Of a DNA stretch of 64,000 nucleotides, positions 1-10,061 are shown piece after piece; position 1 is the stretch's first letter; every line of letters starts with the position of its first letter. The translations under genes and the position numbers were made by a program. The notes under the pieces were generated by a model. The model saw nothing but the letters and a program-made list of their open reading frames with translations, had not been told where the DNA came from and ran no database searches. Source of the stretch: an uncultured delta proteobacterium (lineage in GTDB: Bacteria > Desulfobacterota > Desulfobacteria > Desulfobacterales > JAFDCJ01); the NCBI GenBank assembly GCA_963769935.1, contig CAVYNY010000011.1, positions 288,001 to 352,000 of the forward strand. The letters are read 5' to 3'.

Positions 1-723
1 GGAAGCCGGATCATCCTAACCAACACCTTCGGCGCAAGCCGCCTGTCGTTATCAAATTACCGACTGGGAGATAGGGTGCTTGATATCAACAGCGCCGGTG
101 TGCGAATTTCAAAGCAGGCCGCCGGCGACCGGGCGCTTGTTTTTGCTTCCATCGGCCCGACCGGCAGAATGCTGGTAACCGGGGAGACCACCGCAGCAGA
201 ACTGCAAACTGTATTCCAGGAGCAGGCCGATGCCCAGGCCCGGGCCGGCGCGGATGGGATCATTATTGAAACCATGATCGATATCGATGAAGCCAGAATC
301 GCGGCGCTGGCCGCCAAACAAACCGGTCTGCCGGTCATTGTCAGCATGGTGTATGATTCCGGCGAGGACAAAGACCGAACCATGATGGGCAACAGCCCGG
401 AAGAAGTTGCGGCCGAACTTGGGAAAATTGGTATCGACGGCATCGGAGCCAACTGCGGACAGGGCATTGAAGCATTTTTGCCGATTTGCAAGCGCCTGCG
501 GCAGGCTGCGGATCTTCCCATCTGGCTGAAACCCAACGCCGGTCTGCCGGAAGTTGTTGACGACAGCGTGGTGTTTCGCACCACCCCCGCTGCGTTTGCT
601 AAATACATTCCCGATCTGATTCAAGCCGGTGCAAATTTTATCGGCGGCTGCTGCGGCACGGACCAGGAATTCGTGAAGGTCATCCGGCAGGCGGTGGCCG
701 AATTTATAAAACCGAAAATATAA
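1..723 (+). CDS. Homocysteine S-methyltransferase family protein (5'-truncated by window edge)
   Basis: Frame open from base 1 (GSRIILTNTFGAS...). Motifs ASIGPTG, IIIETM, GANCG, KPNAGLP and the Zn-binding GGCCGT are present. Confidence 0.9.
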   Translation, partial: GSRIILTNTFGASRLSLSNYRLGDRVLDINSAGVRISKQAAGDRALVFASIGPTGRMLVTGETTAAELQTVFQEQADAQARAGADGIIIETMIDIDEARIAALAAKQTGLPVIVSMVYDSGEDKDRTMMGNSPEEVAAELGKIGIDGIGANCGQGIEAFLPICKRLRQAADLPIWLKPNAGLPEVVDDSVVFRTTPAAFAKYIPDLIQAGANFIGGCCGTDQEFVKVIRQAVAEFIKPKI

Positions 724-865
724 CCTTAAAAAAATGTGCAGCCTAAGACAATTAATCTGCCGGACATTCGTTCTTGCAACTTTCTGCAATTGTCAAAGAA
801 CTATTCTACATCCCTGAATATGCAATTTTTCAGGGCGGATTAACTATATTAATCAGGAGGAAAAT

Positions 866-2053
866 ATGCCCGAATCTTTTATACTTCCCTTTCACGACTG
901 GCTGGTTGAGCTGCGGCGCGACCTCCACCAAATTCCGGAACTCGGCTACCGGGAGCATAAAACGGCATCCAGGATCTGCCGGGAGTTGGATCAGCTGGAA
1001 GTGCCCTACCAAACTGCCGTGGGCCGGACCGGAGTGGTGGCCCGGCTGAAGGCTGAAACCGGCGGCCCGCTGGTTGCCTACCGGGCTGATATGGATGCCC
1101 TGCCGCTGGAAGAGGCCCATGACGTTTCTTATAAGTCCCGGCACGAAGGAATGATGCATGCCTGCGGCCATGACGGGCATGTGACCATTGCCCTGGGGAT
1201 TATGCGCTGGCTGAAGGAACAGGAGTGGCAGCGCAAAGGCAGCGGTGAAATCATTTTCTTTTTTCAACCTGCAGAAGAAGGCGGTGCCGGTGCCAAGGCC
1301 ATGCTGGGCACCGGATTGTTTGATCATGAGCCGGTCAAAGCCATTTTTGCCGGGCATATGAATCCGGAGCTGCCCGTTGGAAGGGTCGAACTCATTTACG
1401 GCACCGCCCATGCCGCCACCAACACCATCGGCATTCGGATAAAGGGTAAAGGCGGGCACGGGGCCGCCCCCCATCTTTGCATCGACCCCATTATTGCGGG
1501 CGCCCATCTGCTTACCCAGCTGCAGACCTTTACCAGCCGCAGTCTTTGTCCCCTGGACAGCGCGGTGCTTACCATTGGTGAATTTCATGCCGGAACTGCG
1601 GAAAATATCATACCGGAAGAAGCCCATTTGAAAGGGACCCTGCGCACCCTTACACCGGAAGTTCGCCGCCAGGCCGTCCGCCGGATTGAAGAAATGGTTC
1701 GGAGCCTGGATCTGGCATTCGGGGTTACAACGACCTTTAAAAACACTGAAGGCTATCCGGCCCACGTCAATGATACGGCAATGGTGGATCACCTGAAGAA
1801 TTGTGTCAACGAGGTTCTAGGCCCCGACGCAGCTTTTGTTGCCCGCCCCCGGATGGGAGCCGAGGATTTTGCCTATTTTTGCCAGAAGTGGCCGGGCGCC
1901 ATGGTAGGGATCGGCTGCCATGATCCGGCCAAGGGCTTCGAATTTGCCCTGCACTCCCCCCATTTTGATATGGACGAAAGGGTGCTGGACGTCGGGGTCC
2001 GCCTAATGGGTCACGCTCTGCTTCAGATTATTGAAAAAGAGAGGTCGGTTTAA
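866..2053 (+). CDS. M20D amidohydrolase (hippurate hydrolase-like)
   Basis: RRDLHQIPELG, RADMDALP, MHACGHDGH, FQPAEEG, GAEDF and LHSP motifs; AGGAGG RBS. Confidence 0.93.
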   Translation: MPESFILPFHDWLVELRRDLHQIPELGYREHKTASRICRELDQLEVPYQTAVGRTGVVARLKAETGGPLVAYRADMDALPLEEAHDVSYKSRHEGMMHACGHDGHVTIALGIMRWLKEQEWQRKGSGEIIFFFQPAEEGGAGAKAMLGTGLFDHEPVKAIFAGHMNPELPVGRVELIYGTAHAATNTIGIRIKGKGGHGAAPHLCIDPIIAGAHLLTQLQTFTSRSLCPLDSAVLTIGEFHAGTAENIIPEEAHLKGTLRTLTPEVRRQAVRRIEEMVRSLDLAFGVTTTFKNTEGYPAHVNDTAMVDHLKNCVNEVLGPDAAFVARPRMGAEDFAYFCQKWPGAMVGIGCHDPAKGFEFALHSPHFDMDERVLDVGVRLMGHALLQIIEKERSV

Positions 2054-2127
2054 ATTTAACATGAATTCTAAATCTCCAAACCTCCAAGCCTCTGAACCTC
2101 TGAACCTTTGAACGCTGAACCCAACTA

Positions 2128-2166
2128 AAGGATGATCCGGTTAGTTATCCGGATCATTCTTTTTTT
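2128..2166 (+). terminator. Intrinsic terminator between convergent amidohydrolase and ilvD
   Basis: GATGATCCGG/CCGGATCATTC hairpin followed by a T-run. Confidence 0.65.
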
Positions 2167-2189
2167 ATTGGTAACGTTGCGGCGCAGTA

Positions 2190-3869
2190 TCATTCATCGG
2201 TTACGCAGCCCTCTGAGGCCGACTTTACGTTTTTAATGTATTTGTAAAGCGTGCCGCGACTTGCTTTATAAGGAGGGGCCTGCCAGGCGTTGCGGCGTTT
2301 GTTCATCTCAACATCGCTGATATGAACATCGATTGTATTATTTTCGGCGTCGATGGTGATCGGATCGCCGTTTTTCACCAGGGCGATGGGGCCGCCCTCC
2401 TGGGCTTCAGGGGCGATGTGTCCGGCAATAAATCCGTGGGATCCCCCTGAAAAACGGCCATCGGTCAGCAGGGCCACCTCCTGGCCGAGGCCGGCACCCA
2501 TGATGGCGGATGTAGGCGTCAGCATTTCGGGCATTCCGGGCCCGCCCTTGGGGCCCTCGTAACGGATGATGATGACATCGCCGCTGCTGATTTTTTTCTC
2601 TTCCAGGGCTGCCAGCATGTCTTCTTCAGAGTCAAACACGTTGGCCGTTCCGGTGAACTTGGTTCCTTCTTTGCCGGTAATCTTGGCCACGGCACCTTCC
2701 GGCGCCAGGTTGCCGTGCATAATTCGGATATGTCCGGTTGCTTTGATGGGATTTTCCAGCGGGCGAATAATTTCCTGGCCCGGTGAGAGGTCGGCGACAT
2801 TCGCCAGATTTTCGCCCAGTCTCTTACCGGTCACGGTGAGGCAGTCTCCCTGCAGTAATCCGGCTTCCAGCAAATATTTCATCACGGCCGGAATACCGCC
2901 GGCAGCATGGAGGTCTTCCTGGACGAAACGGCCGCTCGGCTTCAAATCAGCCAGGAAGGGCACCCGATTGCTTATCTCCTGGAAATCCTCCAGGGTGAGC
3001 GGCACATCCACCGAGCGTGCCATGGCGATTAAATGCAGGACGGCATTTGTTGAGCCGCCCAGGGCCGTGACGACCACCATGGCATTTTCAAAGGCCTGAC
3101 GGGTCATAATGTCGCGCGGCTTGATGTCTTTTTCCAGCAAATTTCGGATCGTCGCACCGGCTTGAATACATTCTTCAAGTTTTTGCGGCGATTCGGCCGG
3201 CGTACTGGAGCTGTAAGGCAGCGACATACCCATGGCCTCGATGGCCGAGGCCATGGTATTGGCTGTGTACATACCGCCGCAGGCGCCGGCGCCCGGACAG
3301 CTGTGGCGTACAATGGCATGACGCAGTTTGTCATCAATTTTGCCTGCCAGATATTCACCGTAGCTTTGAAAGGCGGATACAATATCAAGCTTTAAATCGG
3401 CATGGTGACCGGCGTGAATGGTGCCGCCATAAATCATCAGCGCCGGGCGGTTCAGCCGTCCCATGGCCATAACACATCCCGGCATATTTTTATCACACCC
3501 CGGCAGGGAAATGTTGGCGTCGTACCACTGGGCATGCATTACCGTTTCAATCGAGTCGGCAATCAGGTCGCGGGACTGCAGGGAATAGCTCATGCCTTCG
3601 GTTCCCATGGAGATGCCGTCACTGACCCCGATGGTGTTAAAGCGCATGCCGATCATCCCGGCCGCTTCCACCCCTTCTTTTACTTTAGCGGCCAGGCTGT
3701 TTAAGTGCATGTTGCAGGTGTTGCCTTCAAACCACACGCTGGCGATACCCACCTGGGCTTTTTCCATGTCGGCTTCCTGCAGGCCGGTGCCGTAAAGCAT
3801 TGCCTGGGAGGCGCCCTGGGATTTCGGCTGGGTAATGCGGGAGCTGTATTTGTTCAGTTTATCGGTCAT
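2190..3869 (-). CDS. ilvD: Dihydroxy-acid dehydratase
   Basis: [33 protein letters not shown] and TDGRFSGG motifs. Start MTDKLNKYS is preceded by AGGAG. Confidence 0.96.
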   Translation of the reverse strand: MTDKLNKYSSRITQPKSQGASQAMLYGTGLQEADMEKAQVGIASVWFEGNTCNMHLNSLAAKVKEGVEAAGMIGMRFNTIGVSDGISMGTEGMSYSLQSRDLIADSIETVMHAQWYDANISLPGCDKNMPGCVMAMGRLNRPALMIYGGTIHAGHHADLKLDIVSAFQSYGEYLAGKIDDKLRHAIVRHSCPGAGACGGMYTANTMASAIEAMGMSLPYSSSTPAESPQKLEECIQAGATIRNLLEKDIKPRDIMTRQAFENAMVVVTALGGSTNAVLHLIAMARSVDVPLTLEDFQEISNRVPFLADLKPSGRFVQEDLHAAGGIPAVMKYLLEAGLLQGDCLTVTGKRLGENLANVADLSPGQEIIRPLENPIKATGHIRIMHGNLAPEGAVAKITGKEGTKFTGTANVFDSEEDMLAALEEKKISSGDVIIIRYEGPKGGPGMPEMLTPTSAIMGAGLGQEVALLTDGRFSGGSHGFIAGHIAPEAQEGGPIALVKNGDPITIDAENNTIDVHISDVEMNKRRNAWQAPPYKASRGTLYKYIKNVKSASEGCVTDE

Positions 3870-3928
3870 TTTGTTCTCCTTATACACATCGTCGTGATCA
3901 ATGGCGCGTTCGGCCTTTAAAATAAAGC

Positions 3929-4018
3929 ATCCCCGCCGCAAGCAGCGGGGTATTTGTCCGAGGTTTGCGGCAATCTTATCGCAGCGAGCTGCGGGGAATT
4001 AGACCCGAACAAGATTAA
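3929..4018. repeat. Paired GC-rich hairpins (REP/IS605-end-like) upstream of ilvD
   Basis: CCCCGCCGCAAGCAGCGGGG and CGCAGCGAGCTGCG palindromes, related in sequence, with starts about 50 bp apart. Confidence 0.4.
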
Positions 4019-4236
4019 AATGTTTACTACTTTACTTGTAAGGTCGATTTCCATTTCGTCAACCTTCGAACCAGACTATACAGGCTCAAACCCGCAACGT
4101 TGCGCAAACATTCAGGCAGCGCCCGGTGGTTTCCATAGTTGTAATGAAATAAAAGGTGCTTATTTTTCGTTGAGCTTGCCGCTGTTTCCGATAAACAGGC
4201 TTATGGCCGACAAATATAGATTAGAAGAGGTATGGG

Positions 4237-4654
4237 ATGAAAAAAGTCCTTTTGGTTATATTATCCATTTTCTTATTTGCCTTTTCCCTGGGAGCAGGCA
4301 ATGGCGAAATCATCGGCATTAATTACCAGCCGGCCCGCTACCTGGATGTTTCCGCCAATGAGGCTGCGCAGCTCATCAATAATGAACACCCCTTAATACT
4401 TAGATGTCCGCACGCCCGGTGAATACAACAATGGACACCTGCAAAATGCGGTTTTGATTCCGGTTCAGGAACTGCAAGATCGCCTCAAGGAGTTGGCCGC
4501 TTACAAAGATCGGGAAATTTTGATTTATTGTGCTACGGGAAGCCGCAGTAAAGCGGCATCCAAAATCCTGATTGATAGCGGCTTTAAACAAATCGCCAAC
4601 ATGCGCCACGGAATTTATGATTGGGTAAAAAAGAACCATCCCGTGACGCGGTGA
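4237..4654 (+). pseudogene. Secreted rhodanese-like domain protein with one frameshift near 4400 (possibly a sequencing error)
   Basis: Signal peptide ...HPLIL continues in another frame as DVRTPGEYNNGHLQNAVLIP...IYCATGSRS. Confidence 0.8.
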
Positions 4655-4764
4655 TGTTCTGGATGCTGGATGCCCGATGGTGGATGCTGCATTCCTGCTT
4701 TCGCGGGAATTGCAAAAAGACTCCCCGACTGCTCAAATAATAATTGGAAAAAGGAGGAAGGTAT

Positions 4765-5304
4765 ATGTTTATTGATTTAATTCGGCAGAGAAGAAGTATT
4801 CGCAAGTTTACGGATGAAAAAATCGAAGCGGATAAAATTGAAGTCTTGAAGGAAGCCGCACTGCGCTCACCGTCATCGATGGGTAGTAATCCCTGGGAGT
4901 TTGTCTTTGTCACCGACCAGCAGCTGCTGGCAAAACTGGCCAAGGCCAAACCCCACGGTGCAGGATTTCTTTCAGAAGCCCGGCTGGGGATCGTTGTGTG
5001 TGCCGATCCTGAAAAATCGGGCGTCTGGATTGAAGATGCTTCCATTGCCACCATTTATCTTCACCTTGCGGCAGCATCGCTGGGGCTGGGAAGCTGCTGG
5101 ATCCAGATAAGAGAAAGAATGCACGACGATCTGACTTCCGCTGAGTCTTATATTGCCCGGGTTTTGAACATACCTTCAAATTTTAAAGTCGAGGCGATGA
5201 TAGGTATCGGGTATCCCGCGGAACAAAAAGCGCCCCACAAAAGAGAAGCGCTGCAGGATGAGAAAATTTTTCTAAACCGGTACGGCAGTCCCTTTGCGGG
5301 CTGA
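4765..5304 (+). CDS. Nitroreductase family protein
   Basis: RRSIRKF, SPSS..NPWEF, LGLGSCW and IGIGYP motifs; AGGAGG RBS. Confidence 0.93.
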   Translation: MFIDLIRQRRSIRKFTDEKIEADKIEVLKEAALRSPSSMGSNPWEFVFVTDQQLLAKLAKAKPHGAGFLSEARLGIVVCADPEKSGVWIEDASIATIYLHLAAASLGLGSCWIQIRERMHDDLTSAESYIARVLNIPSNFKVEAMIGIGYPAEQKAPHKREALQDEKIFLNRYGSPFAG

Positions 5305-5407
5305 CAAGAAATCTGCTTTCTGTGTCGAGCAGCGTTTCATCAAAATCAAAAAATGCGCCTATCCGTACACTGACAATGTTGCCGTTTTTACAATCTTCAA
5401 TTTTCAA
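5305..5407 (-). pseudogene. N-terminal remnant of a HAD-family hydrolase
   Basis: IGAFFDFDETLL (HAD motif I); the frame then runs into the convergent nitroreductase. Confidence 0.45.
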
Positions 5408-5415
5408 TTATCCGT

Positions 5416-6228
5416 CTAGTTCCCTTCGAATACCGGTCGTTCTCTTTTCACAAAGGCGTTGTAGGCGCGCTTGAAATCTTGAGTCTGCATACAAAGGGCC
5501 TGGGTCTGGGCCTCGGATTCGATAGCCTGCTCAATGGTCATGCTCCACTCCTGGTTGAGCATGGTCTTGGTCATGCCGTGGGCAAAGTTGGGGCCGGCCA
5601 CCAGGCGCTGCGCCGTGGTCATGGCCTGCGCATAAGGATTTTCGCTGACACCGTTGAAGAAGCCCCAGCGTTCCCCCTCCCCGGCTGTCATGCTGCGGCC
5701 GGTCAGCAGCAATTCCGTTGCGCGGCCCTGGCCGATGATACGGGGCAGGACGGCACAGGCTCCCATATCGCAGCCCGCCAGACCCACCCGCACAAACAGA
5801 TAGGCAACCTGCGAGTCGGGGGCGCCGTACCGCAGGTCACAGGCCATGGCGATGGCCGCCCCGGCGCCGGCACAGATACCTTCGATGGCGCCGATGACCG
5901 GCTGGGGACAGCCGCGAATCGCTTTGACGACATCTCCCGTCATGCGGGTAAACGCCAACAGGCCCTTCATATCCATTTGGGTAAGGGGCCCGATGATCTC
6001 GTGAACATCGCCGCCGGAGCAGAAGTTTCCGCCCGCTCCACGAATAATGACGGCCTCAATATCATCGGTGTATACCAGATCGCGGAACACATCCCGCAGC
6101 TCGGCATACGAGTCAAACGTCAGTGGATTTTTACGCTCGGGGCGGTTGAGGGTGACCGTTGCAACCGTACCTGCGGTTTCCCACAGAAAGTGCTTCGCCG
6201 TGTGGTCCGCCAGCTTAATCGAATGCAT
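5416..6228 (-). CDS. Enoyl-CoA hydratase/isomerase family protein
   Basis: [17 protein letters not shown] and [11 protein letters not shown] motifs; resembles the type found in aminobenzoyl-CoA clusters. Confidence 0.92.
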   Translation of the reverse strand: MHSIKLADHTAKHFLWETAGTVATVTLNRPERKNPLTFDSYAELRDVFRDLVYTDDIEAVIIRGAGGNFCSGGDVHEIIGPLTQMDMKGLLAFTRMTGDVVKAIRGCPQPVIGAIEGICAGAGAAIAMACDLRYGAPDSQVAYLFVRVGLAGCDMGACAVLPRIIGQGRATELLLTGRSMTAGEGERWGFFNGVSENPYAQAMTTAQRLVAGPNFAHGMTKTMLNQEWSMTIEQAIESEAQTQALCMQTQDFKRAYNAFVKRERPVFEGN

Positions 6229-6304
6229 GATGATATTCCTTTCAACAACAGAAGTTACTTTCAGGGCAGAATCAAATTTACTTTTTTAGATACTGTGTGC
6301 AAAT

Positions 6305-6495
6305 AGAACATCGAACATTGAACGTCCAACTTCGAATGTCCAATATTGATGGCGCTACGCTTTATCTAATTTAAAACAAATACCCCGCCCAATTTTGAAT
6401 GAAAGATGCGCGCGTGCAGCGCACACATTGCGTATGGCTGTGAATTTTTTAAAAAGATCGAATACAATATTCGACGTTCGACGTTCAATGTTTAT
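6305..6495. repeat. Inverted heptamer tandem arrays (GAACATC-like / GACGTTC-like)
   Basis: GAACATCGAACATTGAACGTCCAACTTCGAAT at left and the complementary ATTCGACGTTCGACGTTCAATGTT at right. Confidence 0.6.
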
Positions 6496-6610
6496 TGTTG
6501 GAGGTTCATTAGTTTCCTTTTTCGATCAAACTGGTTGAATCCAGTGGACCGGCGGCTGGGCTGACACCTCATATGAAACTTCCTTAAATTCGATGCCATT
6601 TTTACGAAGT

Positions 6611-6798
6611 GTCTCACCGCTGAGAGCGCAAAGAGCGCAGAGATTAATTTAACTTTTCTTTCTCGGCGTTCTCCCACCGGGGCGTAGGCCCTATGGGCCA
6701 GAGGCGGCGGGCTCTGCGGTGAACTATTATGCTTCTTTTTCGATCAGACCGGCCGTCGTTTTGGCCGGCGGCTGGGCTGACACCTGACACCCGAAACC
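6611..6798 (+). repeat. Dispersed repeat family B, copy 1
   Basis: Aligns by eye with the reverse complement of 59358-59540, including TCTCGGCGTTCTCCCACCGGGGCGTAGGCCCTATGGGCC. Confidence 0.85.
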
Positions 6799-6814
6799 TG
6801 ACACCTTCAATTAC

Positions 6815-7585
6815 TTACATCACTTCCCCGCCGGCCACGATGATGGCCTGGCCGGTGATGGAGGCCGACTCCGGGCGGCACAGCCAGGCAACGGTATCGG
6901 CCACTTCGGCCGGTTGTATCAACCGCCCCTGAGGATTGCTGCGGGTGAACTCAGCCCTGGCTTCTGCTGCCGAACGTCCGGTTTTTTCAACGATATTTTG
7001 CACTGCCTCCCGTACGATATCGGTATCGGTGTAGCCCGGGCAGACCGCGTTGACGGTGATGCCGCTTTTGGCCGCCTCCAAGGCGAGGGCCCGCGTCAGT
7101 CCCAGCACGCCGTGCTTGGCGGCACAATAGGCGCTGACATAAGCATAGCCTTTGAGGGCGGCGGTACTGGCCACATTGACGATGCGGCCCCAACCGCGCC
7201 CCCGCATTTCATCGAACACCGCCCGCGTGCAGTTAAAAACGCCGTCCAGGTTGACGGCCATCATGCGGCGCCAGTGTTGAACATCCAGTTTGTGAAACGG
7301 TGCGGAGGCCGCCGCACCGGCAGTGTTCACTAATATGTCGACCGGCCCGAAACCCGCCCGCGCCCGGTCAAAGGCGGCCGCAACGCTATCGCCGTCGGTC
7401 ACATCGCAGGGCACACTGCGGGCTTGCGGAAGCGTTGCCGCCGTGGCGTCCAGGGGTTTCAGACGGCGTCCCATCACCGTAATGCGGGCACCCTCCGCGG
7501 CCAATGCAGCCGCAATGGCGGCGCCAATCCCCGTGCCGCCCCCCGTAATCACCGCGTGTTTTTCTTTTAGTTTCATGATCTTCAT
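6815..7585 (-). CDS. Short-chain dehydrogenase/reductase
   Basis: [13 protein letters not shown] and NAVCPG motifs; overlaps the upstream monooxygenase stop. Confidence 0.93.
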   Translation of the reverse strand: MKIMKLKEKHAVITGGGTGIGAAIAAALAAEGARITVMGRRLKPLDATAATLPQARSVPCDVTDGDSVAAAFDRARAGFGPVDILVNTAGAAASAPFHKLDVQHWRRMMAVNLDGVFNCTRAVFDEMRGRGWGRIVNVASTAALKGYAYVSAYCAAKHGVLGLTRALALEAAKSGITVNAVCPGYTDTDIVREAVQNIVEKTGRSAAEARAEFTRSNPQGRLIQPAEVADTVAWLCRPESASITGQAIIVAGGEVM

Positions 7586-9891
7586 GCGTTCAGCGCCATT
7601 TCGGCGGCGCGTTTCAGGTTGCGTTCCAGCTGTTCGAATCCGTTAAGATACTGCACGGGACAGCGGACGCCGTCGCCATGATACTCCTGTCGAGCGGCAG
7701 CCCGCAGGGTCCAATAGCGGTCCATCAAATGCGGCCGGGCCAGGCAGCACAGGTCGGCGCGGCCGGCGGCGATGATGCTGTTGATGTGATCGATCTCGTA
7801 GATGTTGCCCACCGCCATGGTCGGAATACCGGCCTCATTGCGGATCTGATCGGCAAACGGCGTCTGAAACATGCGCCCGTAAATCGGTTCGGCGTCGGGG
7901 CTGGTCTGACCGGCGGAAACATCGATAATATCGGCACCGGCCCCGACAAAGGCTTTGGCAATCAACACCGCCTCAGCCGGCGTAACGCCCGCATCGCCGA
8001 TCCAGTCGTTGGCCGAGATTCGCACCGACAATGGTTTGGGGTCCGGCCAGATTGTGCGCAGCACGCGGCACACCTCCAGCGGGTACCGCAGCCGGTTTTC
8101 CAGCGAGCCGCCGTATTCGTCGCGGCGTTTGTTCAGCAGCGGGGTGATGAACGCGGACAGCAGATAGCCATGGGCGCAGTGCAGCTCCAGCATATCGAAC
8201 CCGGCTCCGGCGGCCCGCCTGGCGGCGGCCGCATACTCGCCAAGCACCCTGTCCATGTCCGCGCGGGTCATGGCACGCGGCACCTGATTTGCCGGGCTAT
8301 ACGGCACCGGGGAAGGTCCGATGATTTCCCAGTTGCCTTGGGCCAGAGGTTTGTCAATGCCTTCCCAACCCACCTGAGTCGAGCCTTTCGGGCCTGAATG
8401 GCCCAGCTGAAGGCAAAATTTGGCCGCCGTGTGGTTGTGGACAAAATCGACGATGCGTTTCCAGGCGGCCTGCTGTTCATCGTTCCAAATACCGGCACAT
8501 CCGGGGGTGATGCGTCCTTCGGGGCTGATATCGGTCATTTCGGTGTAAACCAGTCCGGCCCCACCCATGGCCAGCGAACCGTAATGAACCAGATGCCAGT
8601 CGGACGGCAGCCCTACTTCGGCACTGTACATGGACATCGGGGAGACGACCACCCGGTTTTTCAGGGTCATTTGGCGGAGCTTGAAGGGGGTGAACATGGG
8701 AGGCACCGGACCGGCCGCCGGTTTGCCGCAGGCCCGGCCGGCAAAGCTTTTTTCGATATCCTCCAGCCATTTTTTGTCGCGCAATCTCAAATTTTCATGA
8801 CTGACGCGTTGGCTGCGGGTCAGCAACGAGTAGGTAAATTGCTTCATATCGAAGTTTTCGATGTAGCGCGGCGCATTTTCAAACCAGCTCATGGAGTTGC
8901 GGGCTGCGCTCTGCAGTCTCAACGCTTCGAGCTCCCGTTCATCCTGGTAAGCCTGCAGCGCTTCGGGTACCGGCTTGCCGGAATGCATGCTGTGAGCCAG
9001 GCAGATGGCGTCCTCGAAGCCCAGTTTGGTGCCGGAGCCGATGGAATAGTGGGCGGTGTGAGCGGCGTCGCCGATCAGCACAACGTTGTCCTTAATCCAG
9101 TTGTGACAGAGCACCCGCGGAAAGCTGATCCAGGCCGATCCGCGTATGTGGCGGGAATTGGTAAGCAGCCGGTGCCGGCCGAGGTGTTTGGCGAAAATTT
9201 GGCGGCAGGCTTCGGCGCTTTCTTCCTGGGACATGTGCGCAAAGCCCAATTTTTCGTAGGTTTGCGCCTGGCATTCGACAATGAAAGTGGAGGTATGCCG
9301 GTCGAACTGGTAGGCATGGGCCCAGATCCAGCCTTGCCTTGTCTCCTCAAAGATGAAGGCGAAGGCGTCATTGAAGCACTGGCGGGTGCCGAGCCAGACA
9401 AATTTGTTGGGCCGCAGGTCGATATCGGCCTCAAAGCCTTTCAGATCGCTGTTGCGGATTTTGGAATTAATGCCGTCGGCGGCGACGATCAGATCAGCGC
9501 CGGCAAACTTTTGGGGGATATCGTCAACTTCGACCTCCTGTTGGAAAATCAGCTCGACCCCGAGTTGCCGGGCGCGTTCAAAAAGAATCTGCATCATCCG
9601 GCGGCGGCCGATGCCGATAAAGCCGTGTCCGCCGGAGCGCTCCACCTGGCCTCTGAGGTGCACGTCGATGTAATCCCAGCGCACCAGTTCTTCGATGATC
9701 GCCCGGGCGCTGACCGGGTCGTTCAGCCGCAGGTTGTCCATGGTTTGATCCGAAAAGACTACGCCCCAGCCGAACGTATCGTCCGGTTGGTTGCGCTCAT
9801 AAACGCTGATAGCATTTGCAGGATTGTGCAATTTCATGGAAATTGCCAAATAGACACCCGCAGGTCCTCCCCCGAGACATACGATTTTCAT
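7582..9891 (-). CDS. abmA: Bifunctional 2-aminobenzoyl-CoA monooxygenase/reductase (salicylyl-CoA 5-hydroxylase family)
   Basis: N-terminal FAD monooxygenase ([33 protein letters not shown]) fused to an old-yellow-enzyme domain ([20 protein letters not shown]). Confidence 0.88.
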   Translation of the reverse strand: MKIVCLGGGPAGVYLAISMKLHNPANAISVYERNQPDDTFGWGVVFSDQTMDNLRLNDPVSARAIIEELVRWDYIDVHLRGQVERSGGHGFIGIGRRRMMQILFERARQLGVELIFQQEVEVDDIPQKFAGADLIVAADGINSKIRNSDLKGFEADIDLRPNKFVWLGTRQCFNDAFAFIFEETRQGWIWAHAYQFDRHTSTFIVECQAQTYEKLGFAHMSQEESAEACRQIFAKHLGRHRLLTNSRHIRGSAWISFPRVLCHNWIKDNVVLIGDAAHTAHYSIGSGTKLGFEDAICLAHSMHSGKPVPEALQAYQDERELEALRLQSAARNSMSWFENAPRYIENFDMKQFTYSLLTRSQRVSHENLRLRDKKWLEDIEKSFAGRACGKPAAGPVPPMFTPFKLRQMTLKNRVVVSPMSMYSAEVGLPSDWHLVHYGSLAMGGAGLVYTEMTDISPEGRITPGCAGIWNDEQQAAWKRIVDFVHNHTAAKFCLQLGHSGPKGSTQVGWEGIDKPLAQGNWEIIGPSPVPYSPANQVPRAMTRADMDRVLGEYAAAARRAAGAGFDMLELHCAHGYLLSAFITPLLNKRRDEYGGSLENRLRYPLEVCRVLRTIWPDPKPLSVRISANDWIGDAGVTPAEAVLIAKAFVGAGADIIDVSAGQTSPDAEPIYGRMFQTPFADQIRNEAGIPTMAVGNIYEIDHINSIIAAGRADLCCLARPHLMDRYWTLRAAARQEYHGDGVRCPVQYLNGFEQLERNLKRAAEMALNA

Positions 9892-10061
9892 GGTTGCCTC
9901 CTGCTGGCCGGATTTCGGCAGTTGCATCTTTATAATTCAATCAGACTTTTTCAGCAAGCATAACGTCGGACCTCAACTTGATAATGTCATCGTATGGTGT
10001 TAGAAAATCAGGAGGATCATACATAGCATCCAATTTGTATCGCCATAGGGACTAGATTCAA

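Noticed and set aside
8398..9963. Long antisense ORFs (also 40110-41705, 13402-14502, 34546-35493 and others)
   Set aside because: They shadow well-supported genes on the opposite strand in GC-rich sequence and have no recognisable motifs.
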